Assembly (NCBI RefSeq): GCF_006345805.1
Contig: NC_043002.1
Span: 78,802,001-78,866,000 of the forward strand
Reading direction: 5' to 3'
DNA: 64,000 nt
From: Octopus sinensis
Taxonomy: Eukaryota
In this document: in pieces, positions 50,676 through 64,000 of the stretch
Layout: the number at the start of each line of letters is the position of its first letter
Position numbering within the stretch: position 1 is the first letter of the stretch
Made by a program: the position numbers and the translations under genes
The notes under the pieces: generated by a model
Database searches by the model: none
Told to the model about the DNA's origin: nothing
What the model saw: the letters and a program-made list of their open reading frames with translations, nothing else

Positions 50676-51058
50676 AACATATATCCACAAAGCAACATAT
50701 ATGCACACACACATCCATGAATTACATATCACAAACCAAATGCTTTTTCACTTACACACACACACACATTCCTATGTAAGAACAAAAAAGAAAAATAAGC
50801 AAGTAAAAAAAAATCAAGTGCAATGTAAACAAACTAGCTATACCACATATATGCTTGACAGCATATAGACGACACATGACATAGACAAACAAAAAAAAAA
50901 AAGTAATTAATTGCAGGATTGCAAATCATTGAAAAGGCCACAACAGTGTGATGAAAAATTTTTAAAAAGTTAATCAAGACTTGATTGATTAGTCAATAAA
51001 TAAAACTGAAGTAAATTACAGCAATACATGTATTTATTAACAAAATGACCCTCCCAAA
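50334..51058. mobile_element. Non-autonomous DNA transposon with imperfect TIRs of about 140 bp
   Basis: TTTGGGAGGGTCATTTTG...TGTGGCCTTTCCAATGATT (50334-50476) is inverse to about 50924-51058. No TSD seen. Confidence 0.65.
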
Positions 51059-53451
51059 ATATGATCAATGTCATCTAAAATCCTTTGAAGATGGCTTCCC
51101 AGCTTTGGCTGCAATCCAGTGACTAACACCAGCAAAAGAAGAATAAAAAGAGTATGCAGTTTACATCATTTGTCATGAGCCAATGGTGGGGCTTCTATAT
51201 GGTCACTTGCTAGAAATAGCAGCTAAATCTAACCCAAATTACACCTGCATTTTAAAAGCAGGAAAAACACACTAGGCAATCTAGTACTCCCTAATATAAA
51301 AAGAAAATGTTTTTTAAATCACTCCAGAATGATCATGGCTAGAACTATCATCGGGTTGATAGTTCAGAGCTGATCTGAAGATAAATAACAAGGATACTAG
51401 TGGACTTGTGTGCAGTATATAATCTATGGATATGCTACAAATTTTAGGTTAGTCAAAAAATGCCTGCCAAGATATTCCTGGAAGTTGAGGGATTTTAATG
51501 TGCCACACTGGGCTGTATATGTATTTCTTTGAAGCAAAGTGAAAATACTGTTTTTGTAGAAGGAAAAAAAGAAAAACTTTTAAAAAGTTGATGCATTGTA
51601 AAACTTTTAGTGCCAGAGTTGGTGTACCTTGTAGGGAAAAAGGTTGGAAATTGTTGCTCTCAGTATTCATTTCACCTGCTAGAAATGGCAGCACAATCTC
51701 CTCAAATCCCATTCTGAGGTGCAAGTGTGGCTGTGTGAATAAGAAGCTCACTTTGCAGTCACTTTGTTCTACTGCATGGCACCTTGGGCACTGGGCAATT
51801 GTCTTCAACTATTGTCCTGGGCCAACCAATGCTTTGTGAGTGAATTTGGTAGACAGAAACTGTGTGGAAGCCCATCGTGTGTGTGTGTGCACATGTGCAT
51901 GCACGTGCATGTGTGTCTTTGTGTTTGTTCCATCACTGCTTGACAACCAGTGTTAGTTTGTTTATATCTCTGAAACTTGGTTTGGAAAAAGGTACCTATA
52001 GAATAAATACCAGGCTTTAAAAAATAAGTACTGGGGTTGATTCATTTGACTAAACCTCTAAAGGCAGTGCCCCAGCATGGCCACTTTCCAATGAGTGCAA
52101 CAAATAATAGATAAAGGTTACTCTTAAAAGAGAGAAAAAAAGAACTCATTGGACAATGTAGTTGTCCCTTACATTGAAAAAAAATGAAGTCATCATGAGT
52201 GAGATGTATTTTTTATTATGGGCTGCTAAATCAAGGCTGATCTATAGCTAAACAATATATTCAACTATCTCAGGCAAAAATCCATTTTAGAAGTTTGTAA
52301 TTACATGATCCAAATTCCTGTACTCTTAATTATATAGTCTGTTTTCTTTGACATGAAATTAATTGCAGCTTCTGACAAATCTCTTATCTGAAAATCAAAT
52401 GATATATAATTATATCATCATAACTCCCTTTTATTTTTAGTTTATATTATGTGTCTATTTAATGCTTTTATCTTACATGACACAATGTGGTTAATATGAT
52501 CTATCATTATATCAGAAATTCCTCACACACATAAACACAGATTTCGTTTTTGATTTTTCTCTTTTGAGATTTCCAACATACTTAACCTTTCCATTAAGAC
52601 TCATTTTCTTTTCACAATATGAAAAGAAAACAGTTCATAAGACATTTTTCTAGGCTGTCATTATTGAACCTGAAAATTGAAAAAGTATTGAAAAATGAAG
52701 TGTATTATTGTATTGAAGCTAACATTACAATAAATCACAATAACTGAGCAATTTCTGTATTGATGCCTCAATACCAAATGTATTTGATATGGTATATGTG
52801 AAAAGAAACAAGAATATACTATGGTGATATTTGCAATACTTGATAGATATTTGACATGGGTTATCAATTCATAATCTTACGATCTTTCAATTCCTGTTTC
52901 TTTCACTTCTCTTTTTTTCTTTATCTTACTTTTTATCTTTCACTTGTTTCCGTCACTGGACTGTGGCCATGCTGGGGCACTACCTTGAAGAGTTAGTTGA
53001 ACAAATCGGACCCAGTTCTTCTTTTTTTTTTTTTTTAACTCTGTTACTTATTTTATCAGTCTCTTTTGCAAAACTTCAAAATCACAGGGATGTAAACAAA
53101 CAAGTACCAGTTGTCAAGTAGTGGTGGTGGACTGAACTCAAAAACCATGTGGTCTGGAAGGAACCTTCTTGACCATAAAGCCACATCTGACTCCTTGTTC
53201 TTTTCTCCACTCTTCTTTCTTTCAACTGGTGTCAATCATTGGACATGGTCATTCTGGGACATCTACTTCAATGGTTTGGTCAATTATATCTTTAGAAATT
53301 ATTTAATTATTAACAGAAAGTGGAAAAGTAAACACTACATGGGTGTAAAGAGTTTTAACTAGCAGGTTGAGGCCCATACCAAAGTATACAAAAATAAAGG
53401 TATTTTGGCAAAGTTTTACACCTCATCCATACACACTCATACACACACACT

Positions 53452-53494
<43 letters not shown>

Positions 53495-53934
53495 TAATGT
53501 TTGCTTTTATGTCAAGTTATATATCAAAGCAATTTAACATTAAACTGAAGGATTACTCCATACTTTACAGTAGAGTATATTCTTATTAATTTTTACAAGG
53601 AAAAGTTCAATGTCAAGCTTTGGAAAAATTGCATGTGTGTGTTTGTGTAAATTAGAAAGAGAGAGAGAGACTGAGAGATATCTCAGTGGTTCCCTTTGTA
53701 CCATTCACATCTACTAAATTTGTCACAAGGCTTTAGTTAGTCAACGCTTTGACAGAAAAGGTGATATCAAACACAGAAGTTGTGATTGCAAAGCAAACTT
53801 TCTAACACACAGTCATGCTTGTTATTTTTATTCTTCCTTCTCCTTTTCCATTCTTCTTCCCTACTCTTTTCCTTTCTTTTATTGAACACTTTTCTATTGG
53901 ATGGACTTAAGTGTGAATACTTCCTAGTAATAAT

Positions 53935-54512
53935 TCAAATCAAACCAAATTCGATGACTGGTACCCATGCCAACCTTCCTTCATTGGACACTAAACTCTG
54001 CTTGCGAGGACCTGTTGGGGCAAGTGAAATCGAAATTGAATCAAATTCAATGACTGGCACTCATGCCAGTGGAGCACTAACAGCTCCATCCGAGCAGGAT
54101 CACTGCCAGAGCAGCCGTCTGGCTTCCATGCTGGTGGCATGTAAAAAGCACCATTTGAGCGTGATTGTTACCAGCGTCGCCTTACTGGCACTTGTGCTGG
54201 TGGCACGTGAACAAAACATTCGAGGGAGGTCATTGCCAGTGCCACTGGACTGACTCTTGTGCAGGTGGCATATAAAAAAAACACCATTTGAGCATGGTCG
54301 TTGCCAGTACTGCCTGACTGGCCCTTGTGCCGGTGGCGCATAAAAGCACCCACTACACTCTCAGAGTGGTCAGCGTTAGGAAGGGCATCCAGCTGTAGAA
54401 ACTCTGCCAGATCAGATTGGAGCCTGGTGCAGCCATCTGGTTCACCAGTCCTCAGTTAAATCGTCCAACCCATGCACTAGCATGGAAAGCAGATGTTAAA
54501 TGATGATGATGA
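53935..54512 (+). mobile_element. RTE-type 3' UTR copy
   Basis: Colinear with 11720-12272; (GAT)n tail. Confidence 0.8.
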
Positions 54513-55235
54513 TTGATGGAATTGATATAAAATTTGAAAAGATAATGAATGCCACTATAGGAAAGGTATTGCATGATGCCTTAGAAAGAAGACTGTCATC
54601 TTCTGTTTGTAATCAGAATGAATGACTGTTTTTATTGTTCAGTATAGGGTTTCGGTACAGTAACAAAGTATGTGCAACAAGGAGAAATTTTAGTGACAGT
54701 TTCTTGGTAAGGTATAGTTAATATAGTCCATAGAGCAATGCTTGATAGAAGTAATGATTGCAAAAAGCAGAAAGATATACGTTACTGAAAAAGTTTAATG
54801 ATATTAGATTGTTGGTAAAAATTTTCAGAAAAACTTTCTATAGTCATAATTAAAGAAGTAACCAAGAGCTGAATGATGAACTCCAAATCGGCCATGCCAA
54901 ATAAAGCTCATATCGTAGGATTTCACATTTGTATTGTCATATTATAGTGAATTAATAATAAAAATAATAATAAAACTTAACTGACTTTACTCATACATTC
55001 AGTAGGAAAAAGATTTCTTTGAGAGCAGGTGTTTAAAATCTAAAATCTAAAAACTATAAACAAGATAAATAACTCAAATAGAATCAGCTAATTGAAACTT
55101 GCAGCAAATAAAGATGATGCATGTACAAGTGGATCTTGTCTTTAAAGCCAACCATAGAAAACTGTGCATGTTTCAGTTTTATTAGACCTTCAGGAAAGCA
55201 TTTTCTACTTAGTTGACAAAATTTAGTAGTGATCA

Positions 55236-55269
<34 letters not shown>

Positions 55270-56083
55270 AGAGAGAAATAGGGGGAATGAAGTGAATTTG
55301 ATTATGTATATCAACAATATGGTTGAGGAAAGTACCTCAAAGGCGTGTTCTGCATACTAAATACACATATGATAAAAAGCCCCTATATGTAATGCAAATA
55401 AATGTATTCTACTGTAGGCATCATCTGTGAAATCTTCACCTATTTCTTTTATTAAAAGTCCAGTATTGTATATACATGAACATGCATTGTTCATAACCAG
55501 TTGTCTTAGATTTGGGTCAGAAGATCAAAAAGGTTTCTTACAGGCCATTTCAGTACTATTCCCAATTCCTAGGACAAGAAAACTAAAGAAAACACATTGA
55601 CCACTCCCATTCCTTTGCTTATGCAAAACCCAACTTCAAACCCATCAAAAACAGTTACAGGATGCAGATCCAGCCTGTGCCCTTTTAATTGTGCTCTTTC
55701 CTGTGATCAGTAAATAATTCTATACAATTTCCTTTATCTTTCATAAAATGAGATTGTTCAAGAGAAAAATATTCTTAAAACATAAAAGAAGCCTGTTATT
55801 ACTTAAAATAGGAGATGAAAAGTTTGTTTCTAAAAATTATATCTTGGAAACTATAGGATCTGAAATGCATAAGGTCTGAAATTAAGCTTTTAGCTTATCT
55901 TTGTCTTACCTGGAACTTAGCAACAAATGTCATTCTAAGCTTTTAGTTTATCTTACTTGGGTCTTAGTGATAAGTGTCATACAGTTAAAGGGTGCAGACA
56001 TAGTTACATGTTTAAGAAGTTTGCTATGTGAGTAAATGACATTGTGTAACATTCTGAGTGAGTGAAGACAAATGTTCAAGAGG

Positions 56084-56128
<45 letters not shown>

Positions 56129-57420
56129 TATATTTATCTTATTTTTAAAGCTATTGAGAAAGGATAATTGAGATATTATGAAACGAGATTTGATTTTAAA
56201 GAGTAAAAAAAAAATTCCTCTGTCTCAGAATGTTTCATTCCTTCAATTTTGCTATATGTCATATTCTAAAGTTTTTACAGTTTAGTGTTTATTTTTTGCT
56301 GATGTATAATCAACAAGAAAGCTGAAATGTCAATGTTTTTTTAATGAATTTCTTTACAATGTCTCTTCTGCATGAAGGTATAGACTATCTTTTGTCACTC
56401 TTACTGCCAGAAATGCTGTGAACTAGTAACTAGCTCAATGGAAACCTGTGACCAACAATGCTATTATTCATTAACAGCATTATAATATGATACAGGTGTG
56501 TGGTAAGAAGTTTACTTCCCAACAATACGGTTTCAGGTTCAGTCCTACAGTGTGACATCTTGGTAAGTGTCTAAAGCCTTGTGAATGGATTTAGTAAAAG
56601 GAAACTGCAAGAATCTGTCATACATGTGTGTGTGTGTGTGTGCCCTGACATCTTATGACAGTTGTAAATGAATGTCACTGTGATTCAAGTGGTGTCCTTT
56701 GTTTCCAATCTTCTGTGAAAACTCATCCACCCATGAGAAAATATAAATTTATGTGAATACAGATGAGGGTTGGCAAAAGGACAGGTATTCAGCCTTAGAA
56801 AATTCATCTTAACAAATACTGTTTGACCAATGTAGGCAATGGATAAGTGGACATTATACCAATGATGAATATGATACAATATATGTGTGTAAGTAGGCCT
56901 ATCGAACAAAACATTTTATCAACATCTCTATCTTTGTAGTGATTCTGTCTTTATTGTGAAAACCACATACTGTAGTCAGTAGTGGTTTTTGTTTGGACAT
57001 TTTTGACTTAATACATTGTGTAGATCAAGTATTGATAATTACATAGAAACAAACCCACTGATGTATCAAGTGTTATCATTTTTCTGCTTAGTTTACATCT
57101 GGTTCAGATAATTAGTCATGTATTTAATTTCTCTAGTAATAAAGAATTCCTAATACATATTTTACTATGTTGACAAATGAAATATTTAATCAGAAAAGAG
57201 AGTAAGTGGCACCAAATATTGGTTTCAAATTTTGGCACAAGGCTGGCAGTTTTGGAGGACGGGCTAAGTTGATTACATCGACCCCAGTGCTCAACTGGTA
57301 CTTGTTTTATCAAAGTGGCACTAAATATTGGATGAATTTGGAAGCAGGAATTACAATTAGTTGTCCATGACCATTTTTCTACACTCTCAAGAACCATAGA
57401 AGTTTGAAATTAGCAGTTAA

Positions 57421-57848
57421 GCCCTTTAGCATTTAAACCAGCCATATCTGGTCAATATATTCTACCCTTTCTATGTTCAAACTGGCCAAATCAGGTTTCT
57501 TACACCAAGCCTACAATATCATTCTAAGACATTAACCCTTTCAATACCAACCTGGCTGAAACCGCATCTGGCTCTGTAGTACTAAAGTCTTGTTTTCATA
57601 AGTCCTGAATTAAAATTTTCCACCAAGCCTTAGTCACAATTTATGTTCCTAACACCAACTTAATGATAACTAAGTTATTTTACTAAATTCTGTGTTATAT
57701 TTAAAATAATTTAAAGAAACACAGAGCATCACAAAATAAATACAGTAACGAAAAGGTTAAGTTACCTCATCGAAATCTCAAAATCACAAGATAATGCATG
57801 ATTAATTCAAAACATTATATTTGACAGAATAATGTGAATGCTAAAGAG
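57421..57848. mobile_element. piggyBac-like MITE containing a second TTAA MITE (57536-57756)
   Basis: Outer TTAA-GCCCTTTAGCATT...AATGCTAAAGAG-TTAA, similar to 16639-17199. Inner TTAA-CCCTTTC...GAAAAGG-TTAA. Confidence 0.7.
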
Positions 57849-59798
57849 TTAAAACCAATTAGGTTTAAAGGCTTAACATGATCAAGTCTAGGTCTGGAAT
57901 AGAAATGCCTAAATCATCTGTGTCAGTTTAGTATGTAGGAAAGAACTTAACTCTGAATCATCAGTGTTCGCCAGTTTAATATTACTAAGTGGTCCTCCTG
58001 TATCTTTAACAGAGTCCTTGTTGCAAGCATTTGTACCATTTCTTCAAGTCTACTTCAGTGTTTATGTATGGTTTCTTTTCTACTGCAGAAACCTATGAGT
58101 CATCATTTCTGCTGCCCGTCTTCCCCAGCACTACCAATCTCAGAGACCTTGCAAATGTCATTGGCACTACCCTTCCTACTCTGACTAAGCAGTAAAAAAG
58201 AAGAAAAATAAAATGATTAAGCAAAAGGTGCAGTAGAATGTCTGGTTGATCAGTGGGGGACCAAAGTTTTATGTGTCCCTCAATGCTAGCAATTTAAGAT
58301 TGTGGAATAGCTGTACAAGGTGGTTTTGTTGTTGATCTAAATTGACTCAGTATGTCATTTTAGATATGCCAAAGCTACTTTCATTTCTATACATACAGTC
58401 AAGCTCTTTCTAATACTCAATAAAATTTAGGAATGAGATCTATTCTATACTGCAATGTTTATCAATGCTTGAGTATTCACTTTCAAAACTTGTTCAGTTA
58501 GTTATTTACCAGCTCTGTTTGTTACAACTTATATATACATTTATACATTACTGAGCATAAGCTTATAATCTGTTTTGTTTGTCTTGCAGGGGAAATATGA
58601 CATTTGCATACTATTCTTATGACAATGGTTCCATTATTTATAAATTGTGGAAAATCTGAATTATTTTTTCTTTAACCATGTTGCTGGTATCTTTTAGCAA
58701 GTGCAGTGTCGTTTTTGTATTTGGAAAGAGCTTTCTTTCATTTCAGCTGCCTGATAACAACATGAAGAATTTCTGATATTATGCTACAACCAGCCTTTTT
58801 TAATGCCCTCAATGTTTTTTTTTTGTTTGTTTGTTTTTTGTTTTTGTTTTGTTTTTTAATGTTTTCACATTGGCAATTTTAAAACTTTCTTTTATGCAAC
58901 TGTTTCATTTATGATATTTAAGTGGTTTTTATAGACAACGTAAATATCACACAAGAAATCTTAGAAACTATTCTCTTTAGTTTTGTTCTTTACATATCTT
59001 TTCTTTTTTTTAGTCCAGTTAAATTTTTAAAAATTACTGCATTTTCTCATATAATTTAGGATCTTTGATTTAGATTTTCTTTCTTTCGAAACAAATATCC
59101 TACATGATTTTGCAGATGAGATGAAAGATTGAATTATATATATAATTTTTTGCTGCATTCAATTTTATTGATATTTTCGAAAGTTGGGTAATCATGTTTT
59201 AGCTGCATTTTAAAAGAGTTTATTTAATCCTTTGAGATTTCTTAATATAGAATAGTTTTCATTCTTCTCTCTATGGAATTTAGTTATGTTGTAAATTATA
59301 CTGTTTATAGCCAGTGTAAATTTTTAGAAACTTTTAACTTTATGTTCAACATAACGATTTTTAACCCTTTTCAATCCATGACACATTGAGTTAAAAGTGT
59401 TATAGCATACCATCAGCTTTTAATAAGGTTAATTATCTAGAGAAAAAAAAAATTTGAATAGAGCTGAGCTCATAAGTTGTACTTTCTTGCAAAAGAAATT
59501 CTCTTCAAAAACACTTGACGTTTCTAAATATATTAGCATTTTTCAACTTGTGCCACATCTGCACAAGTGTACTCTGATGCAGCGATTAAACATGTCTTTT
59601 CTGTATTTTCAATATATTAGTTTGTTTGTTTAATATCCATCTTCCTAGTATGGATTTGGACATCCTGTAATCAACACTTACCTGTTTTCAAGCAGCAGAA
59701 TTTTTATACCAGATGATTTTGAAACCACAGAGAAACTGGTCATGATGCCAATAAGGAATGCTAATATCATCACTGTCTCACTCAACCAATGAAAGCAT

Positions 59799-59846
<48 letters not shown>

Positions 59847-62800
59847 TAAATGATCAGTGCTTTTTTATACAGCTCTCCTCATTTATATGCTTCACATGTC
59901 CATATCAGTCTTCTTCCTTGCATACAGTTAATTCCTTTTACACTCAGGTTTTCTCTTAACACATCAGTGCTTTGTTGTTTATGCTCTTAAATTGCATGCC
60001 CAATGGAGCATGCCAGTTTAATTTTTGTTTCCAATCTTCTCAAGTACTCTGCATTTAAGGCAAAGGGTATGTTTCACTACCATGCAATATTGAAGTTTTA
60101 GCACAAGTATAGTGCAATCTACCTTTTGCTTTGAAGGAAAAGACCTTTGTTGCCAGCTGCAATAGAAGCACCCTGAATGTTTTCCAACATGCTCTTACCC
60201 TAGACACTATGCATTCAGAGCAACCTCCTACACTGCCAATTACATCTCTTAGGCAACAAAAGCTATTGACTGCTTCTAGTGAGATTTCAGCTGTCTCTTA
60301 TAATAGCACATACCATGTTTTTGTTTTCCATGTCAATGATGAGTGTGCTTTCATCATTTTGAATACACTTCTTACCAATGATGTCCTAGTTCTCTCTCAC
60401 TCACAGTCTTGCAATTTTGAATACTTCATGTCTCTGATCTCTTTTTCTTTTTTTTTTCTGCCTCATCCTTAGTCAAGTACACCTGCTGCTTAGCTATTCT
60501 TCTATCCATTTGATAGTGCTCCCTATTACTGCTTTCCTTCCTAGTTTCCCAAGCCTGTCTTTTATCCCCTGCTGCCCTATCAACCATGTCATTTTACCAC
60601 CATGTTATTTTAATTTGGCTGGGACTTTGTACCTCTTAGTAGGTTATTTCATGGAAATTACAAGTAACTTATGCTACAGGCATTTAAATCTTTCTCCCTA
60701 AAATTGTATGCATCAATTAGAATTTTGCTAACCCTATTCCCAAGTGGGAGATCTTTTAGCTTTCATTTCTTCCTTCTCCATATCATCTGCTTCTGTGTCT
60801 GCCTAGCTCTGACTTTGAAATCACTATTAACTAATCTATGCTGTGTTGTGCATTCTGTTTTGAGGTGCATTCTGTACAATAGCTCTTCTGTTCTATTTCC
60901 GTGTGAGAATGTAATCTATCTGACTTGTGTGTTCACCAGTTGGCAGATGATGAAGTGGCTGGTTTCTTAAAGTGTGTTAGATCAGCTGCATCATATCTTA
61001 CACCTTCTTCATTTCTTGGAACAAAACCATAGTCTCAAGTGTATTTCAGAAAAGCCATCATTGTGTTGGCCAACATGTCTGTTGAAGTTACCTGCCACAG
61101 TAATGAAGTCACTGTCAAATCACTATTGAGGTAGTTTACAGGAAGATTTCATAGAAACCACCCTTTTATTTTTGTCAAACTTGCCTGTTGAACATGTGCA
61201 GAAATAAATGTTACTGTTGTGTTGCCTACAAGTCTCATCTTAATTATCTTATCACATACCCTGACTACCTTTATCTATCTGTCTATTTATCTATTTGTTC
61301 ATCTCTCTCTTTCTATACACACGCACACACACACTCTCTCTCTCACTCTCTCTCTTTCTCTTTCTCTCTAGAAAGCAATAGTATAGTTTATTGGTAGAAT
61401 ACTGAAGTGTGTTGAAGCAGATCATGAGGAACCACTGTTGGGATTCACAATACTGAGTTCATATTTTCTAACTTTAATTCTTTCATACTTTTAAGATAGT
61501 TGCTTCAACTGATTTTTGTTATTTTATAACTCTTGTATTTTCAAAGCTGATTGGTGGGTTGTTTGTCTATTGGAACAACCTATTTTGTACTGATTCCCCA
61601 TTTGAAATTCATGGGATCAAAAATTAAATCCACCCCCAACCCCTTTTCACTTTGTCGCCTTTCTTTCAGTGGAATAGAATAATATGCTGGTCTCAGCATT
61701 TTCTCAGTGTTTTGGCCTAAGCCGTTTGATTTTAATGTAAATGTATTATTTCAACATGTAGAACTTACTAAACCTGGCACCATTTCAAAGATCATGCGAT
61801 TTCTTTAGGAGAAGTGTACTTACTTCATTGTCTAATCATTAAAATAATAATGAATTTCTTATGTAGGGTACTCAGGTACATTAGAACTCATCAGAAAATA
61901 GTAAGAGACAAAAAAAATCACACAAACAGCAGTAAGACAAGCAAAGAAAGACATAATGGTGGCCAAAAGATTTATGCAAAGTACACTGAATAATACACAA
62001 TAGTATGAAAATGTGGACAGTAATAAGCCATCAGAAAGAAAAGAATGTGTAAGCAGGTTAAAAGTAGTGTTGATTGATTGCCGGAAGCATGGGATTATTG
62101 AAGCATGCAGTGCCTTGACAGTTAACAATTAATGTGGATAGTTTATTTCATGCCTTAACAATTTTGAGTGTAAAAAATTGCTTCTTAATGTCATGGGTAT
62201 TGCAATGCATTTTATTTTATAATTATGGCCATTGATGGTTGAGATACTGAATTCAGAAAGATGGATAAAGTTGTTGGTAGAGAGCTGCTGGATAATTTTG
62301 TGCACCTCTTCTAAATTACGAAGCTGCTCTATGTTGAAGTTTTAGTGTGTTAATGTTTTTTTTTTTAATATATGTTATGGTTTAGCTAGAGGAAGAAGGG
62401 CAGTGTGCATGACCTTTTTACTGGGTCTCTGAGTCTGAGGAGGAAAGGCAATCTAAAACCATAACTTCTGGATTAATGCCACTGGAAGCAGTGCATCAAG
62501 ATATTGAGTTATCCTTAGCCCGGAAGCTTGGAAGGAATGCATGCAACAGTAGACTCCACTAAAGGCGCACAAGAGTCATGTGGTAGTTTCAATCTTGGGT
62601 ACAGTTGCACTAACAACACAGAACTGACTTCCTTTGTTAGCTTAAATCAACTATGTTGATGCTACGGATGTGGTTGATCTTAGATTGTATACATTATTTA
62701 AAATACATTTTAATAACATTGTTATATTAATAGTGTTAAGCTTAAAATCTAAATGCAGTGTTACCTTTCTTCCTTGCACTTTTTACTCGCATTTAAAGAA

Positions 62801-64000
62801 ACATATTGTTTTTCATTCTTTGTTTATTTTATTTAATAACTTTATTTTACTTTTGATATAAAAGTACATCTCTTCCATATGGTTCTGCATCTGGAATAAA
62901 TATAATTATTTTTCTTTATTCCTTTACCATAGTATTGTTATAATTTTTTGAGGATGCTTGTTCTGTATCTCCTTTCATATCAACCATTTTATTTTTTATT
63001 TTAAATAAATATAATCTTCCTGTGTGACATTTCACACTCCAACTGACACATACAGTAAATAGCATGAAAGTTTGTGCATCTGTGTATGTATGAGTGAGAA
63101 GCGGAGAGTGAAAGAGTGATGGGGGAGTAAAAAGTCACATCATGTATTTTGTAATTGTTTTATTTGAATTGACTCAGTTGTTTATCAAGGTTTTTTTTTA
63201 AATTATTGCTATCTATTTGGTAAATATTCTAAAAGAATGAGAAAGGAAGATAAATGTAAACATATAATGTGTGAGGCAGGATACAGATGAAATATGTCAA
63301 GAAGTTGATTTGATTGCCTCTTTAGAAAGGTTAGTAATAGGTTAAATACTTTTACATGTCAAAATAAAAATGTGAGGTGGGAAAATGACTTCAAGAAAAT
63401 ATTATAAGCTAACTTCTGTATTTGTTTCATATTACGTAATAAGTTGATTTTGAGAGATCATATTTAATAGAGCAATGAAACAATTGGATGAGTAAAATAG
63501 CAGTAGTTGTTATAGAGGATAGGGATTACTATCAAAACTTTCCAGAGGATATTTTCATATGCAGAGACCCATATTTAAAAAAAAAAAGGGAAGGAATTGT
63601 GAAATAATATTTGTATGTCATAAATGACAACCAAATAAAATAAAAAAGAAAAATAGCAAACAAAAGATAATAGTTAACAATAACAAATTAAAGACATCCA
63701 TATGCTCTCACTTCCTGCTAGTAGTTTTCTTCTCAATAAAACAATTTGACGGTGATGGTGATAATAACGATTACAACAGTGGTGACAGATTTATAGAGGG
63801 AAGCTACTATAAATCTAAGAACAGTGTCAGAATATTGTTTAGTTCTGCAAGTGAGATGAGAAATAGCAGTAAGTTGAGGTATTGCACACTAAAACTTCAA
63901 ACAGAACAACCACCAGTTCAAATGTAATAAAAATATGCAAATTAGCTAATGGCATATTCACATCTCAAATATTCAAATTAGATATTGTAATTATTCAAAT

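Noticed and set aside
59950-61140. Possible decayed transposase or helicase on the minus strand (KALIIDM)
   Set aside because: One weak motif is not enough to assign a family.

Overview
AT-rich, microsatellite-dense animal genomic DNA. The repeat families resemble those I recall from Octopus/coleoid cephalopods; this is an inference and no database was checked. Nearly all ORF-track entries are microsatellite or repeat artefacts. The only credible host coding sequence is a + strand first exon (ATG 14096, signal-peptide-like, donor AG|GTAAG after 14172) behind a CpG-rich promoter-like region. The rest is probably upstream and intronic DNA holding tRNA-derived SINEs, RTE and R4/Dong LINE remnants, Helitron/Helentron-type elements, MITEs, and maT and hAT transposase relics. 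The most notable signal is a set of sequence-unrelated fold-back elements built as an inverted repeat plus a one-sided extension, some with 12-16 bp target duplications. Several carry hammerhead ribozyme cores, one is linked by shared sequence to a Penelope-type GIY-YIG remnant, and one has a tRNA-like Pol III head (a SINE/hammerhead chimera) and shares a triplicated 12-bp target with a neighbouring fold-back element. All matches were made by eye, and element boundaries are approximate unless a TSD or TIR is cited.
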